Position numbers and translations under genes: made by a program. The notes under the pieces are model-generated. The model was not told the origin of the DNA, ran no database searches, and saw only the letters and a list, made by a program, of their open reading frames with translations. A stretch of DNA of 63,909 bases, the filler included, from Folioceros fuciformis (lineage: Eukaryota): assembly GCA_049999805.1 (NCBI GenBank). It is 5 parts of 3 records of this genome, joined end to end, with 100 filler letters (N's around TTAATTAATTAA, not from the genome) between each part and the next. Parts side by side here need not be neighbours in the genome. Positions count along the whole stretch, not along the records: positions 43,235 to 57,684 come from JBNGIO010006373.1; positions 57,785 to 62,432 come from JBNGIO010006385.1; positions 62,533 to 63,909 come from JBNGIO010006499.1; 2 more parts are not named here. One strand, given 5' to 3'. Shown one piece after another: positions 50,757 through 63,590 of this stretch. Each line of letters opens with the position of its first letter. Position 1 is the first letter of the stretch.

Positions 50757-51950
50757 ATGGCCGTGAGGAAGGAGCCTGAAGGAGCTGTGTTGGAAGATTG
50801 CAGGGATTCGAAGGTGAGAAGGAAGGCGGAAGAGTGGAAGATGGAGGTGAAGGAGGAGGAGGAGGAGTACCTGCCTGGCCTGCCTCAGCATCTGGCGTTG
50901 GAGTGCCTGTCTCAGGCCCCGCTGAAGGCCATGTGGAGCGTGAGCAGGAGCTGGAGGAGGCTGCTCTACCGGTGTGTCTACTTCCAGTCCATGCGGCGGG
51001 GGCATGGGCTGGCCTCGCCCTCCTCCCTCTACTTCTTGGTGCGGAGGCGGGTGGAGCCGGAGGATGATGCCCGTCACATCTTCGCCTGGCTCTCCTTTGA
51101 TCCGCTGGTGGGGAGGTGGAGCTGGCTGCCTCCAATGCCGGAGGAGGTGGAGTTTCAGCTCTCCAGCCCCGGGCTTATCGGGGTGGCGCACTCGGTGCAG
51201 ACGCAGAGCACGGAAGACCGCCTTTTCGTCGTGGCGGGGATCAAGCGGGACGACGGGGGTGCTATGGTTCCTGCGCTGCCCAGGCCCTTTGTCTTCGACA
51301 TTGCCACGCAGTCTTGGCGGGCCGGCAGGCCCTTCCCCGTGCCTAGGAAGTGGTGTGCTTGTGGCGTCGCCGGGGGAAAACTCTACGTCGCCAGCGGGTG
51401 CGGGAAGGAGTGGGACGAGGGCTTGTCCAAGCGTGCCGATCGGTATGATCCGGACCGGGATGTGTGGGAGGAGCTTGATGATCTCTCCACGTCCAAGATG
51501 AGCGGGGAGGCCATGACCGCCGTGCACTCGGCGGGAAAGCTCTATTTCTCTAGCGGGAACGGGATCTTCCTTAAGGTTGGCATGGTGTTGGATGCCGCTA
51601 CCGGTGCCTGGACCGCCATGAAACCCGGCCTCAGGCAGGGCTGGCGCCCGACCACTGTCGCGGTGAATGGACGCTTCTATGCAATCGACTGTCTGTCCGG
51701 GAAGGTGGAGGTCTACGATCGGGACGCCGATCGATGGAGGCTCTTCTTGGAGGATGCGAGGCTCCAGCGCATGAAGCACGTTGTCGTCCGCTGTGGGAAG
51801 CTCTGCGGGATTGTTCAGAGTGATGAAAGCGGGAGCCTGCTCCGGGTTGTGGATTTGATAGCTGAGCCGGTTTCGTTTCTGGACATCAATGTGCCCGAAG
51901 GCGAGGTTGTGGCCTTGCAGGTCGGGAACTCGAATCCCAATGTTCTCTGA
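50757..51950 (+). CDS. F-box/Kelch-repeat protein, SKIP25/KUF1-like; intronless
   Basis: LPGLPQHLALECL..SVSRSWRRLLY, FDP..W..LPP, PRKWCACG..GKLYVASG, SGEAMTAV..GKL, GWRP. Motif order matches the SKIP25/KUF1 clade. Confidence 0.85.
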   Translation: MAVRKEPEGAVLEDCRDSKVRRKAEEWKMEVKEEEEEYLPGLPQHLALECLSQAPLKAMWSVSRSWRRLLYRCVYFQSMRRGHGLASPSSLYFLVRRRVEPEDDARHIFAWLSFDPLVGRWSWLPPMPEEVEFQLSSPGLIGVAHSVQTQSTEDRLFVVAGIKRDDGGAMVPALPRPFVFDIATQSWRAGRPFPVPRKWCACGVAGGKLYVASGCGKEWDEGLSKRADRYDPDRDVWEELDDLSTSKMSGEAMTAVHSAGKLYFSSGNGIFLKVGMVLDAATGAWTAMKPGLRQGWRPTTVAVNGRFYAIDCLSGKVEVYDRDADRWRLFLEDARLQRMKHVVVRCGKLCGIVQSDESGSLLRVVDLIAEPVSFLDINVPEGEVVALQVGNSNPNVL

Positions 51951-52333
51951 GAGAGGAGGAGGAACGAAGGAAAAAAAGGATGCAGAATGGATAGACGTCC
52001 TCTCCTACTGCCCCCCCATTCCACTACGACAAATATCCTGGGTTTGGGAACCGCATGGTCTGGTCCGAATGCTTTGAGGGAGCTATTTGGCTGTGATCTC
52101 TTTGTGAATTGAAGGCGCAGGCCTGCTACGAATGGAACTTGGCGTNNNNNNNNNNNNNNNNNNNNNNNNNNNNNNNNNNNNNNNNNNNNNNNNNNNNNNN
52201 NNNNNNNNNNNNNNNNNNNNNNNNNNNNNNNNNNNNNNNNNNNNNGGGTAACAGTCTCCCTGGTCTGTAAGGTCGCTTTCGTTTTGCTCCTGAAGGCTCC
52301 TTGCATTCCTCTGAAGGCCTTCTTCTTGAGATT

Positions 52334-53386
52334 TCATGCTCTGTGCTTGACGGCTTTTTCCGGCCGTAAGCTCGAGATGATGCAATTTAGTAGAGGCCTG
52401 TGAGCAGGCCAACAGCGACCAAGAACTTAATGTAAATTACGACTGAGCGGTTGTGCCCGCGTTTCAGAAGATGCGATAGACCCTTTCTTAAAGCCGTAAA
52501 ATGAGCGGAAAATCTGGCCCAAAGGCAATGAAATCACACGAGGGAACGGTTGAATTGAATAACATACTGTTTTCTAGAATCCTCGTTGTCCGAAACTCCA
52601 AGCTCCTTTGCCAAGATTGTGCGCGTCATAGCCACTTCGGGTTGTCCACTCTCTACGCAACCAGCAGAAACAGCGTCACTTGTCACATTTCGAGCCAGTC
52701 CCCGAAATTGAAATACCCGTGTTCACTCCGTCCTTGGATTCATGGCAGTCAATTTCTTCACGAACCCAACACGAAGACGTGATTTGTGCTCTCCAGTTTC
52801 TGGTACAGAAGATACTCTCGAACTAGCTCGTTGATCACAAACTCTAGATCTGATATTGGTTTCCCCTTCTGCACCTGCATGTATTGCAAAGCACAATCTT
52901 AGAAGCTCGTACAAGAAAATCAGGCAACACACCTGGCTCCTTGCGTGGTCGAACACCTACTCCTTCCGGTACGCAAGAACCATGCTTACAGGTTTCTCAT
53001 CGATGGAGTTGAAAATCTCTGCTCGTATTTTTGCCCGAATAGGTGCAAGCACGCCACGCTTCTCCAGCACTTCTTTCAACGCTGCTCCTGCTTCCCACGA
53101 CGACGACCGAGTGTGTGTGAGCACGCAATTTTCACGGCATGCGTGCTTCAACTTTATCAAGCCTTTCTTGTGCTTGCTTTAGAGCGTGGACGGTCCGACC
53201 CTTGGCCAATTTAGCTTTTGTGCAACCAGTGGTTGATTTCGTCCACCACACAACGGAATGCCACTGTGCAGACTCACTCTTGCTTGAAGGGACTACTTGC
53301 GAGAGAGAGACCTGTACGATTATGGGAAGGGATGCAACGTGAAGCGGAGTGAGGTTTGAGTAGTTGCCTATGTTCTCATCCGCCAT
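52334..53386 (-). CDS. CEP20: FOR20/CEP20 (FOPNL) LisH-domain centriole/basal-body protein; exons ~53086-52990, 52874-52766, 52652-52568, 52397-52334; start exon uncertain
   Basis: Spliced translation ALKEVLEKRGVLAPIRAKIRAEIFNSIDEKP-VQKGKPISDLEFVINELVREYLLYQKLESTNHVFVL-ESGQPEVAMTRTILAKELGV..-QPLLNCII. All listed junctions are GT-AG and phase-consistent. Confidence 0.82.
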
Positions 53387-53568
53387 CGCGCCTGGCTCCC
53401 CGCAATCAGGATGTCGGTGTAGTCATGAAACGACCCCAAGCTGCCGATCTCCACCAAGAGGAGATGCTCAACTTCTTTCTTGTCTTTCTTTTCCCAAAAG
53501 AAGAGACAGCGCGCTTGAACCTGTCGTCTTTTCCGTTTCGTTCCTAACAGACCAGCTCTTCTTGGATG

Positions 53569-53804
53569 GCGACTGGCACAGATCCAAGACTCAGGGCAGC
53601 AGACAGTTCCCGCGAGAGGGCTTCGAGTTTCAGCGTTAGCGCACCTAGCGACTGGCACAGATCTCAGACTCAGGGCGGCAGACAGTTCCTGCGAGGGGGC
53701 TTCTAGTTTCAGCGTTAGAGCACCTGGCGACTCGCACAGATCTCAGACTCAGGGCGGCAGACAGTTCCTGTGAGGGAGTTTCTGGTTTCAGCGTTAGCGC
53801 ACCT
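53569..53804. repeat. 79-bp tandem repeat x3
   Basis: GCGACTGGCACAGATC..AGACTCAGGGCRGCAGACAGTTCC...TTTCAGCGTTAG.GCACCT at 53569, 53648 and 53727. Confidence 0.92.
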
Positions 53805-55504
53805 GATTGCCCTCGACGAACACTGCTTCCACAACTCTCAAAAAGGGAGACCGGTACAACATCCCAGCGTACTAATGGTGCTAATGCAGACAACTTACTT
53901 GGAGTTCCTCACAGGAGAAGGAGACAAGGGCTCTCTGACTTGCTCAAGCTCGAACCACATAAAGTAGGGGAAACACATGAGGCGGCCATGAGTGTTTAGT
54001 GTGTACCAAAATGGCAGGACCAACCTCCGACTACACGTCTCACAGGGGTTAGGGCAAGGAGAAACTCGTCCAGATGACTTGTTGAACACACAGCAGGGAT
54101 ATACCCGCGCTGTGAGCATGCACCACGGAGGACAAGCTCCACGGGTGCTCCTTCCCTGCCTACGGCAAGTTCCCGTATCCAAGTTCACACTTACTAGCAA
54201 TTGTGTCGCAGTCCGCCAGTCATGCTAGAACCTGCCCTGTGACGGCCATTCAACCATGCAACTACAATCGAGCCACTGGGAGTCCTCTACCTCGTCAGAG
54301 CACAAGTCGATTGCGATAGCCCCGGGGTTAGAGAAATTGAAAACAGGAACAATCCAGCTGTCCTCTCCGCTGCTACATCTGAATCACGAGAGAACCCTTG
54401 CCAAGCGTGTCATGTCCGACTTGCATTCGACTTCCCTTCCGTCCGCCGGACCCCAGCCGATGACAAAGTCGACTGGACATGCAACAGGGTACCTTCGCGG
54501 AGCATACAGCCATTGTTACAAGATGGGGGCCCTCATGTTGGAAGCCACGACGCGGTGGCAGAAAATCTTAGGCAACGTTTCGACAGGAACATAAATAATA
54601 AGACACACCTTTCTAAGGAAAAAATGGAAAAACATCATGACCTCAAAGCAAGGATCTCGACAGGAACTACAAAATTCGTTTTGAAAACTTAAAATGGGAG
54701 CCAGCAGGCAAAGAAAGGTAAGGCAAAAGAATGTAGTACAGTCCTAGCTTCTGAGAACAGGGAACCATTTGGTTGGAGAGTATCTCTCGCCAGCCAAATG
54801 GATGATTATAAGGGAAAAGTTGCCCCCCTTTACGTCTGTGTCAAAGGACTTCCAAATACACGGGATCATGGAACCGTATGGATCCTGATATCTGTCCATT
54901 TTTGGACCCCATGAACGTTGCTGTGGTGTGTTGTTCTGTATAACGTGGCTGGAAGAGGCGCAGGTTGGTTTCTGGGTAGATTCATGTTTCCGAGGTTTCT
55001 AACCACTACAAGCCATGGAAGTTGTAACAAGGTTCACATTGTAGCCGATTCCCGGGAGCGGGGATAGTCTGTCTATCCGTCTTCTCATGACTTGGGGAAT
55101 CCCGTCCACCAACTTTACAAGAACGAAGCCACTTCAGAAGACACTTAACCTCTTCTGATCGCGGTATCCGTTACCTCTTCCTCTTCGAACGGTCAATTAT
55201 TGGTAGCATCGTTGTGGATTTTGGATGCCGTCACACGATCACTCTACAGTGCCATACCTGTGCACGGGCGTCTAGCGTTTGTCCTCAAGACGCTTTCTGC
55301 TGATGAAAAAAATGCTGACTAAGGCCAAATCCTTCACTTGCCCTTGAGGAGTACTTCCAAGCTTTCCAGTCACTGGTGGTCAGGAGTCCAGTAACCGGTA
55401 GCCATTGCTACTGCTCTGGGAAGTTGCAGAAGTCTTCGATAAAAATGACATCCGCACAAGGAAATGCTGCCTGTTTATCACAACTCCCGCTTGCAGAGGA
55501 ATAG

Positions 55505-57684
55505 TTACTGACCTTTCATAGCCACCGTCACAAGCCTGTTGGGTGAAGGCCTTGCCACCAACCCTTCACTTACCCACCCAACGGCACTCAGATTCTGTTG
55601 CATTCGATGGAACTCCTCTTCCATTATCCTGTGAGATACCTCGAGCACACCCCCTTTCACACAGTCCCCCGAAATTGTCCCTGTCACAAACCTATTTTGA
55701 TTCTGTAGGTTGTACATGATTGTGACTTGAAACAAGGCTCGAAGCATGTCCCTTGGAGTCACCGATTCCTTCAGTACCACCTGGACAATAAGCACGCAAG
55801 AGTTGGCTACACACTGAGCAATCAACACCATACGAAACAGCTGGAGACAATCCCCTACACTTACCAGCAGTCGATCCCCTCTCCTGGCAAGCATGTACTG
55901 CTCCCTTTCATAAAGGGGTAGAAGTGCTTCTGCTTCTTCCCGTGTGTGGATCAAGGACCCCAACATCGAACCCAGCTCTAGGTTATGATCAATGCTTTCA
56001 GCATCTCGTTTGCTGCTCTCGGACAAGGTATTGAGTCCTTCCTGTATGACCGGAAACAGAACATGGATGTCAACAGGCATACTTACAGGCTCAAGCTGTG
56101 CTTTCAAGTGAAAAATTGTCGGACAGGGCGAGCACAACGAATACCTCACCTGCTGTCCCTTTAGACGCAAGTGCAGAACACCCATCCGAGGAAAAATGGG
56201 TTCTTCAGCATTGACCTCTCGCACAGATGGTACTGAGCCACTTCTTAGATACTCAGACAGAACCAAGCCTGTCGGACAGCACGGAGAAAACAGGGTTTCA
56301 GCAAATAATACTCAACGAGTCAAGAAACGAACTGGAGAGAGCCCGTGAACAAATAGACGATGCCTTACTGCCACGGTACGGATTCAGAGTTCGAAGCTGG
56401 ACGGCCTGATAAGACTTCAGGTTGAAGAACATGTGCAAAGCAGTTACGACAGCAAAAGTTGCCAAGAGGCGAGGGCCAGAAGATCCCACGTAACCAGAAA
56501 TAGCTATTCCTAGAGCGATGCCCATGGATTTGCTGACCATCCCTTGAGCTTCACCTTTAGCCACCAACTGGCGCACCACAGGAGCTCACACAGGTTACTA
56601 CAACATCCATGTGCTATTCCTTCATGCGAACCTTACCACGTAGTAAAGCAAGGGAGTAGAATGTGCATACCTCTGCAAAGTTCCTCTGAGCCGCAAATCC
56701 TGCATTGAAGCAACTCTTGGTTGCAGCCTGTAGGTAACATCACAACACCCGCACACCATTGGTAAACTCATCTTAGCAGGAGTAGGCGAACCATCATAGG
56801 TGCAGGAGGAGGGACTCCGCCTACTAGGCCTAACCTGGATCATACCCGATGCAGATCGTCCGGCTCCTGCAGCTGCTCCCAAGTAGACAAAGAGATGAGG
56901 AAATACTGGAGTCAGAAGCTCTAGGCCGTAAGACGCATTCTCTACCAAGTCCGATAGCATTCTCCACCCTTTAGGATGGACATCGAAGTGACGACCATAT
57001 TTGGACAGCATAATTTTGCTCAAGTAGCCAATGCCATCCCTGAGAACCCAATTAATTGCTGCTGCAGTGGGAATGGCACCTTTCCCTAGACCAATGGCAT
57101 ATAACAAAGCCTGCAGCAACAAGAGCTGATTAACATGCAGTCGTCCTCACCAAAATCTCCAGTTGCAAACGAGCACGACATAGAAACTGCCACAACCATT
57201 CTCCTTCAGCCCTGCAGTCAGCACAGTACAGCTATAGACATCTCACCTGTGTAGTAAGCACACCACTTATTTGACTGGCAATAATCTGGCCCATCCTCCA
57301 CAGTGTGAATTCTGTGTAGTCATCTGTTACACTTCGGGGATAGCCTTCTGGCAGCATCACTTGCTTAACAAGAGCCCCACAGCGTCCAACCGCATCCTTA
57401 AACTGCCTTTCCAAACTCTCCAAGCCAGGCCGAGTCCTCTCTACCCTTGAGCCATATTCTTCTATCTGGTCACCAACTTTCTCCACAGCATTGTTAATGC
57501 CAGACTTCTGCAGATCCTTCCGCTGCACATCTTCACCTACTGGATGGACTAGGGTGTTCAAATCGCTTGTAGTCTTCAAACCCCAATCGTGAGCTGGTGA
57601 CCCATCTGCACTAAATTTTTCAGCTTCGTCCGCCATCAAATTTGCATACTCCCTGTCAGTGCCACCTTTCACGAGTTCATGCTC
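55505..57684 (-). CDS. RUS1: ROOT UV-B SENSITIVE 1 (DUF647) homolog, multi-exon, 5' end truncated at assembly gap
   Basis: [96 protein letters not shown]. Confidence 0.93.
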
Positions 57685-57784
57685 NNNNNNNNNNNNNNNN
57701 NNNNNNNNNNNNNNNNNNNNNNNNNNNNTTAATTAATTAANNNNNNNNNNNNNNNNNNNNNNNNNNNNNNNNNNNNNNNNNNNN

Positions 57785-60700
57785 TGCAGCTGGTCAAGAG
57801 TTCGTAGAAATTAGGTCTGGGAGTCAGGGCAAGCCTGTACACCCATGGCCTCCAGATGTTGATAGTGCTTGCTAGCAGGAAGATACTTTGTCAGAATGTC
57901 GGCTGTGTTTAGGTCTGTCGACACATATTGAATTTTCACATGTCGTTGCTCCACAGAATGCCGGATAAAGTGATGATGCACTTCGATGTGCTTTGTACGC
58001 GCATGGAAACGGGGGTTGGCAGTCAGAGCTATCGTGGACATGTTGTCACAGTAAATAGGAGTGGGTTGTGACTGTGGAAATCCAAGACCTGCCAGAAAAC
58101 ACCGCTCCCATACAGCTTCTTTAGCACCTTCCGTCAAGGCTTTATATTCAGCTTCGGTGGATGACAGAGCAACAGAAGATTGCTTCTTCGAGCTCCAGTG
58201 AATGGCAGTGTGATTCAAAGTAAAGCAATAGGCCGAAATGCTTCTCCTGGCATCTGGGTCTGTGGCCCAGTCAGCATCAGCATACCCACACAAGGTAGGC
58301 TCTTGATTTCGCCCCCTGAAGCATAGGCCGTGCTGCATGGTGCCCTTAAGGTATCTAAGGACGCGTTTAACCGCATTCCAGTGTGCAGGGCCAGGGTTAT
58401 CAAGGAACTGGGAGACAGAGCTCACAGCATACTGAATGTCTGGCCGTGTCCAACAACTAATGTAATTGAGGCAGCCCACGGCATGACGATAAGGAATCTG
58501 AGCCATAGCCTGGCGCTCCTCATCTGTCTGTGGACATTGATCATGAGAAAGCTTCAATCCTGCAACGCCAGGAGTAGACACGGGTTTAGTAGTGTCCAGG
58601 TGAAAACGGTGCAGGGTTTCAGCAATATATTTAGCTTGATGAAGCATAAGGGAGCCAGCTTCCAGATCACGAACAAGTTGGACACCGAGGACAAAGGTAA
58701 GAGCTCCAATGTCTTTCATGTCAAACTTCTGATGGAGCATGTCTTTGACCCAAGATAACAAGCCTGGATCGTTGGATGCGAGAATGGCATCGTCGACATA
58801 CAAAGCGAGAACCACGAGAGTACCATCCTTGTTGTAAAAATACACGTTGGCATCACCAGGGTTTTGAATGAAGCCGATGGATTTAAGGTACTTGTCAATT
58901 GTTTTGTACCACTCCCGTGCTGATTGTTTTAACCCATAAATGGTCTTCTTAAGATGGCAGACCCAATCTGGATGCTCGAGGTCCACAAAACCCTCAGGCT
59001 GCGACATATAGATGTCCTCTTCCAGCTCACCGTAGAGGAAAGCTGTGCAGACATCCATCTGCTGGAGGTCCCAAGCGTTGGCGGCAGCTAGAGCAAGTAT
59101 CATACGAATAGACTAGGTCTTTACCACAGGACTGAAAGTCTCTGTGAAGTCAATACCTGGAATCTGGGTGAAACCCCTAGCCACAAGCCGAGACTTATAT
59201 CGAGCAATCTAACCCTGGGCATTCAATTTGTGCTTGAAGACCCACTTGCAGCTGACAACTTTCCGACCTTTAGGTAAGGGGCACAATTCCCATGTATCGT
59301 TCTTTATCAAGGAGTCATACTCATCCTTGATCGAGGGGATCCAGTGTGCCTTGTCAGCACCCGTGATTGCCTCCCGATATGACTTAGGTTCAGGCTTGAT
59401 GAAGAGTGGATTGCTCACAGAAGACTTGGATTTTGGCAGGGTTACTCCAGCTCTAGGTCGTCGAAAGTCAATAGAAGCATATGGGGGTTCTGTCCACTGG
59501 GCGGGAGGATTCCTGGTGCGCTGAGGATAGCGACGTTCTTCAGGCTGTACAGCTAGAGGAACTTCAGCCACATCGTCATCATCAGTAACGGGACCAGGTA
59601 AATTGTCATTCAAATCAGAATCAGTAGAGTGGACAGAAATACCTTCTGCAGCGAGATCATTTTCAGCCTCATCCTCTGCTGCAGGCTGTTCCCTGACATC
59701 ATTAGTATCAGAAGCCTGGTCTTCTTGAACCAAGTGAGCAGGCGGTGCTACATGAGCAGCTGGATCAGGAGCCTGAAAATCTGGTACAGCAGGGTCATTG
59801 GCCTGTGGATGTGCAGGACCCGCTCCAGGGTGTTGCACGGCTGCAGGAACCTCAATGAGCACAACTCCAGGTGTGTCGTCTTGTGGAAATTCGGATGAAT
59901 CTTCCATGTTTGTCAAGTCCACATGAGTGACTCTTTCACTGTTGTCTGACAGGTGATCAAAATATGGCTTGGCAGGACACACAAGTTCTTTGAAGGTCAC
60001 GCTTCTGGCAAAGACTACTGTCGAAGTAAGTGGATCAAGCAACTTATAAGCTTTAGCCTCTTCCCCATAACCCACAAAAACAAGTGGGCGTGCTCTATCT
60101 TCTAACTTTCGTCGCCGCTCTTCACGGATATATGCATATGCTGGGGAGCCGAATACCCGCAGATGCAGCAGGCTCGGCTTTCTTCGCCATATTACCTCAA
60201 ACGGAGTTTGTCCATCCACAGCGCTTGTAAGAAGCCTGTTAAGGAGATAAGTTGCTGTAACCACTGCCTCTGCCCAGTATGCTTTGCTTAAACCTGCCCA
60301 TTCTAACATGCTTGTCATTCCTAGCAGAGTCTGGTTACGACGTTCAGCAACGCCGTTCTGTTGCTGAGTATACGGTACAATCAACTGTCGTACAACTCCC
60401 TTTTCCAGCAGGAACTGGTTGAAGTGGGCATGGGTAAATTCTCCCCTGTTGTCAGTACGAAGCTGTTGTAGCAAGCATCCAGTCTGCCTTTCCGCCATCA
60501 CCAACCATTCCTGAAAGATCTCAAACGTATCGGACTTCAACCGGAGAGGGTATGTCCAAGAGTATCTACTAAAGTCGTCAGTAATGGTAAGGTAATATAG
60601 GGCACCGCCTAAAGAGGGGACATGAATCTTGCCTGAAATGTCCGCATGTACTAACTCTAGTACCTGTGATGCACGATGAGCCACTGATTTAGGAAAAGGA

Positions 60701-62541
60701 ATTTCCTTTTGCTTGGCTATGACGCAGGCATCACAAAGAGGTAGGTCTTTAAAACATTTTGGCAAGGGCTCTCTATAGCAGTTCAAGTTCGACATTTTTA
60801 TCAACTTGTCTCTATTAGCATGACCTAGTCTAGCATGCCATAAACTGGCTTGGGCAGACTGTGATAAGTGAGCGGCATGCACAGACTCAGGGGGAATGCA
60901 TGTGAGATCAAGCTGGTACAAGTCATGAAAAAGATGTCCTTTACCTACGACCTGTCCATCCCCCCCTCGCTTCTTAAGTTCACAACTATGAGAAGTGAAG
61001 AGGAGGTCGTACTCTCTAGAAGACATTAATTGACTAACTGAAAGGAGGTGCTTGGCCATGAGGGGAACATGCAGGACGTTGTCAAGATGGAGGATGGACC
61101 CATCGTGCAACCGGAAACGACATGTGCCTGACCCAGCAATGTGCAGACCTGTACGGGTAAGTTCATCTCCCAGCAAAACCTTATCAGACGTATGAGAAGG
61201 TCGATAGTGACTTAGCAAACTTCTGTCGTTACAGATATGGGAGGTTGCCCCAGAATCTAAGTACCAACTATGAGGGGAAGGAGGACCTGCAGACCATGCA
61301 AAACAAACGGTCATGACGACAGGAGGTTTGTTAGCAGTTGATGAAGGCTTAGCGACAGTGTGGGCCTCAGCCTGCTTAGGCTTCTCGACCTTACGAGCTT
61401 CGCCAGCTTTCTTTTTTCTGCAGTCCCTCTCCCAGTGGCCCTGGATGCCACACCAATTGCAGGATCCAGGCCGCTTGCTGGAAGAAGGTCCAGAAGGTGA
61501 GTCACCAGGAGTGGGTCTACCCTTCTGTCCTTTATGCTGCTTCTGTCCTTTAGTATAAAGAACCTTGTCTGTTTTTGTTTTTCCACCCTGTGGTGTATAA
61601 TGAAGTCTGCTTTGCTCCTCTTGCAGGAGAGCACCGATCACGTCCACAAGGCTGATTTGTGGTGCTTTGCCAGCAGCTACAGCTTTGTCTGCCGCGCGAA
61701 TGGAAGCACCAAATCCGGAAACAAAGGTCTGGTAGCTGGGTGGTAGGCAAGTGAGGAGTTGAGCGACTGCATCCAACTCCGGAAATTGAGATCCTAGGTT
61801 CAGAAGCTGGGCCCTTAGTTGGCGAAACTTCAAGACGAAAGGTCCCACCTTCTTGCCTTCTCTAAGTCTCATTGAAAACAGCTCTCCACGGATTGCACAC
61901 TGCGTAAGTATGTTCTTTGCCTCGTACGTTTGCAGCAATTGTGTCCAGATTTCGTTGGAGTCTGGTAGGTAAGCCACATCGGGCAAAAGGACTTCATCAA
62001 GACCACTAATCAAGACCGCACGAGCAACGTGGTTCAGGTTGTCCCACTTCTCTATCTCATCCGCTGGAGCTCCTGCAGCTGGTTTAGGGAGGGTGCCACT
62101 AACCACATTCCACACGTGCCGAGCTTGCAGGGCAGCGGTCATTCGCACACGCCATCCATGGAACTTGGAGCCATTGAAACGGTCCTTCTCTTTAAATTCC
62201 ATGGAGAAGGATGGTGTAGGTATCACTGGCACTGGTGGAAGAGATGGAACTCCTCCACCGCCACCTCCAGCACCCCCTCCGCCTCCACCTCCAGCACCCC
62301 CTCCTCCTCCACCTCCAGCGCCCCCTCCTGTAGCCATTCTGACTTACTTTGATAAGATTATCAGGTGCTCACGGGTGATCAAGCTGATTGCATAAGGTAC
62401 TCTTCTCGAGGTAGGTCGAGATGCTGTAGGAGNNNNNNNNNNNNNNNNNNNNNNNNNNNNNNNNNNNNNNNNNNNNTTAATTAATTAANNNNNNNNNNNN
62501 NNNNNNNNNNNNNNNNNNNNNNNNNNNNNNNNCTGACAACA
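57785..62541 (-). mobile_element. Ty1/copia LTR retrotransposon, near full-length gag-pol (62337-57811) with two premature stops; LTRs probably collapsed into the flanking gaps
   Basis: Gag zinc knuckle CNWCGIQGHWERDC, protease WYLDSGATSH, integrase WHARLGH..CDAC..VHAD..LRTDN..GVAERRN, RT LQQMDV/LYVDD, RNase H YADADWA..EAEY..TKHIEVHHHFIR in copia order. Confidence 0.95.
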
Positions 62542-62579
62542 AGAGGAAGCGGAATAGGGTGCTACACCTTATTGGGTCC

Positions 62580-63020
62580 GAGCATGCTGGAAACTGCCAC
62601 ACTACACGTACATGTTTATCAAACTGTTGGCGGCGACCACACCACTTTGATACCTTGTTTCATAATTTCTGCATGAAGCAGCTTTCCTTCCTTTCTTCAA
62701 GGCAACGGTGCCTACTCTTGCACATGCCTGCAAGAGGCACACAGGCACACAAACATCACATGCGTGGGTACAGCCTTTCCTTGTTCTTGCATAATACTGT
62801 GAAGGTGAAGAACCCTTTCCTTCCTTGTTCTTACATAATACTGTAAAGGTGAAGAGCCCTTTCCTTCCTTGTTCTTACATAATACTGGAAAGGTGAAGAG
62901 CCCTTTCCTTGTTCTTACATAACACTGTAAAGGTGAAAAGCTTCTTGCCCCAAGCCTTGCTGTGAATATCCTGAAATGACAATAGTCCGTGTCACCACAT
63001 CTTTGTGATGAAGTCCATTG
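62580..63020 (-). pseudogene. Decayed PLS-PPR gene fragment with internal ~43-46 bp tandem duplications (62773-62945)
   Basis: KDVVTRTIVISGYSQQGLGQEAFHLYSVM and EGKLLHAEIMKQG pieces with frameshifts. Confidence 0.7.
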
Positions 63021-63469
63021 TCGTGCCCAAAAATTATGGTCCTGAAAAGGGCATCTTTCGGTATTTCGGTTTTTGCTAAATTGTGCGACGGTCTGAAAAT
63101 TGCGTGGGATCGGATCTGCCGTCTCAAACTGGACTGGTTTTTGGATAAGTCCGTTGCGACACCAGACTAAGACCATGTCCGAGAGCCCAGAGTACAACTC
63201 GGATAGGGCTGTGCTTTCGGCTCCGGGATAACTGAATTCGGCCGGACTTGGAGCTGAGATGGTTGCCGGAATCAGCTCGGGCATCGACTTCCAGACTCCG
63301 GCTAGAGAGTGGAGATGAGACGGCATCCCCAACACCTGTGACGGATGACTGAGATCGGTCGCGGTTCTGGGTGTGGCTGGAAGACTGGGCGGTAGTGAGC
63401 TGTGGAGTCGTCGGGCGGCCATGTCCGAGATCGACCAAGTGTTGATTGCCCGTTTGCAAGACTCACAAG

Positions 63470-63590
63470 TTGCCCAGAAGGTGCCTTGCGTTGGGATGAA
63501 GCATGCGGTGGATTGGTGGGCACTGGGGATTCTGCTCTACGAGATGTTGTACGGGCGGACGTCGTTCTGCGGTCGGAAGCCGGCACTCTG
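63470..63590 (+). pseudogene. AGC-VIII/phototropin-type kinase subdomain IX fragment
   Basis: AVDWWALGILLYEMLYGRTSF with no other kinase subdomains in frame. Confidence 0.65.

Noticed and set aside
50550-51779. 409-aa antisense ORF
   Set aside because: Shadow frame of the GC-rich F-box-Kelch gene, with no recognisable motifs.
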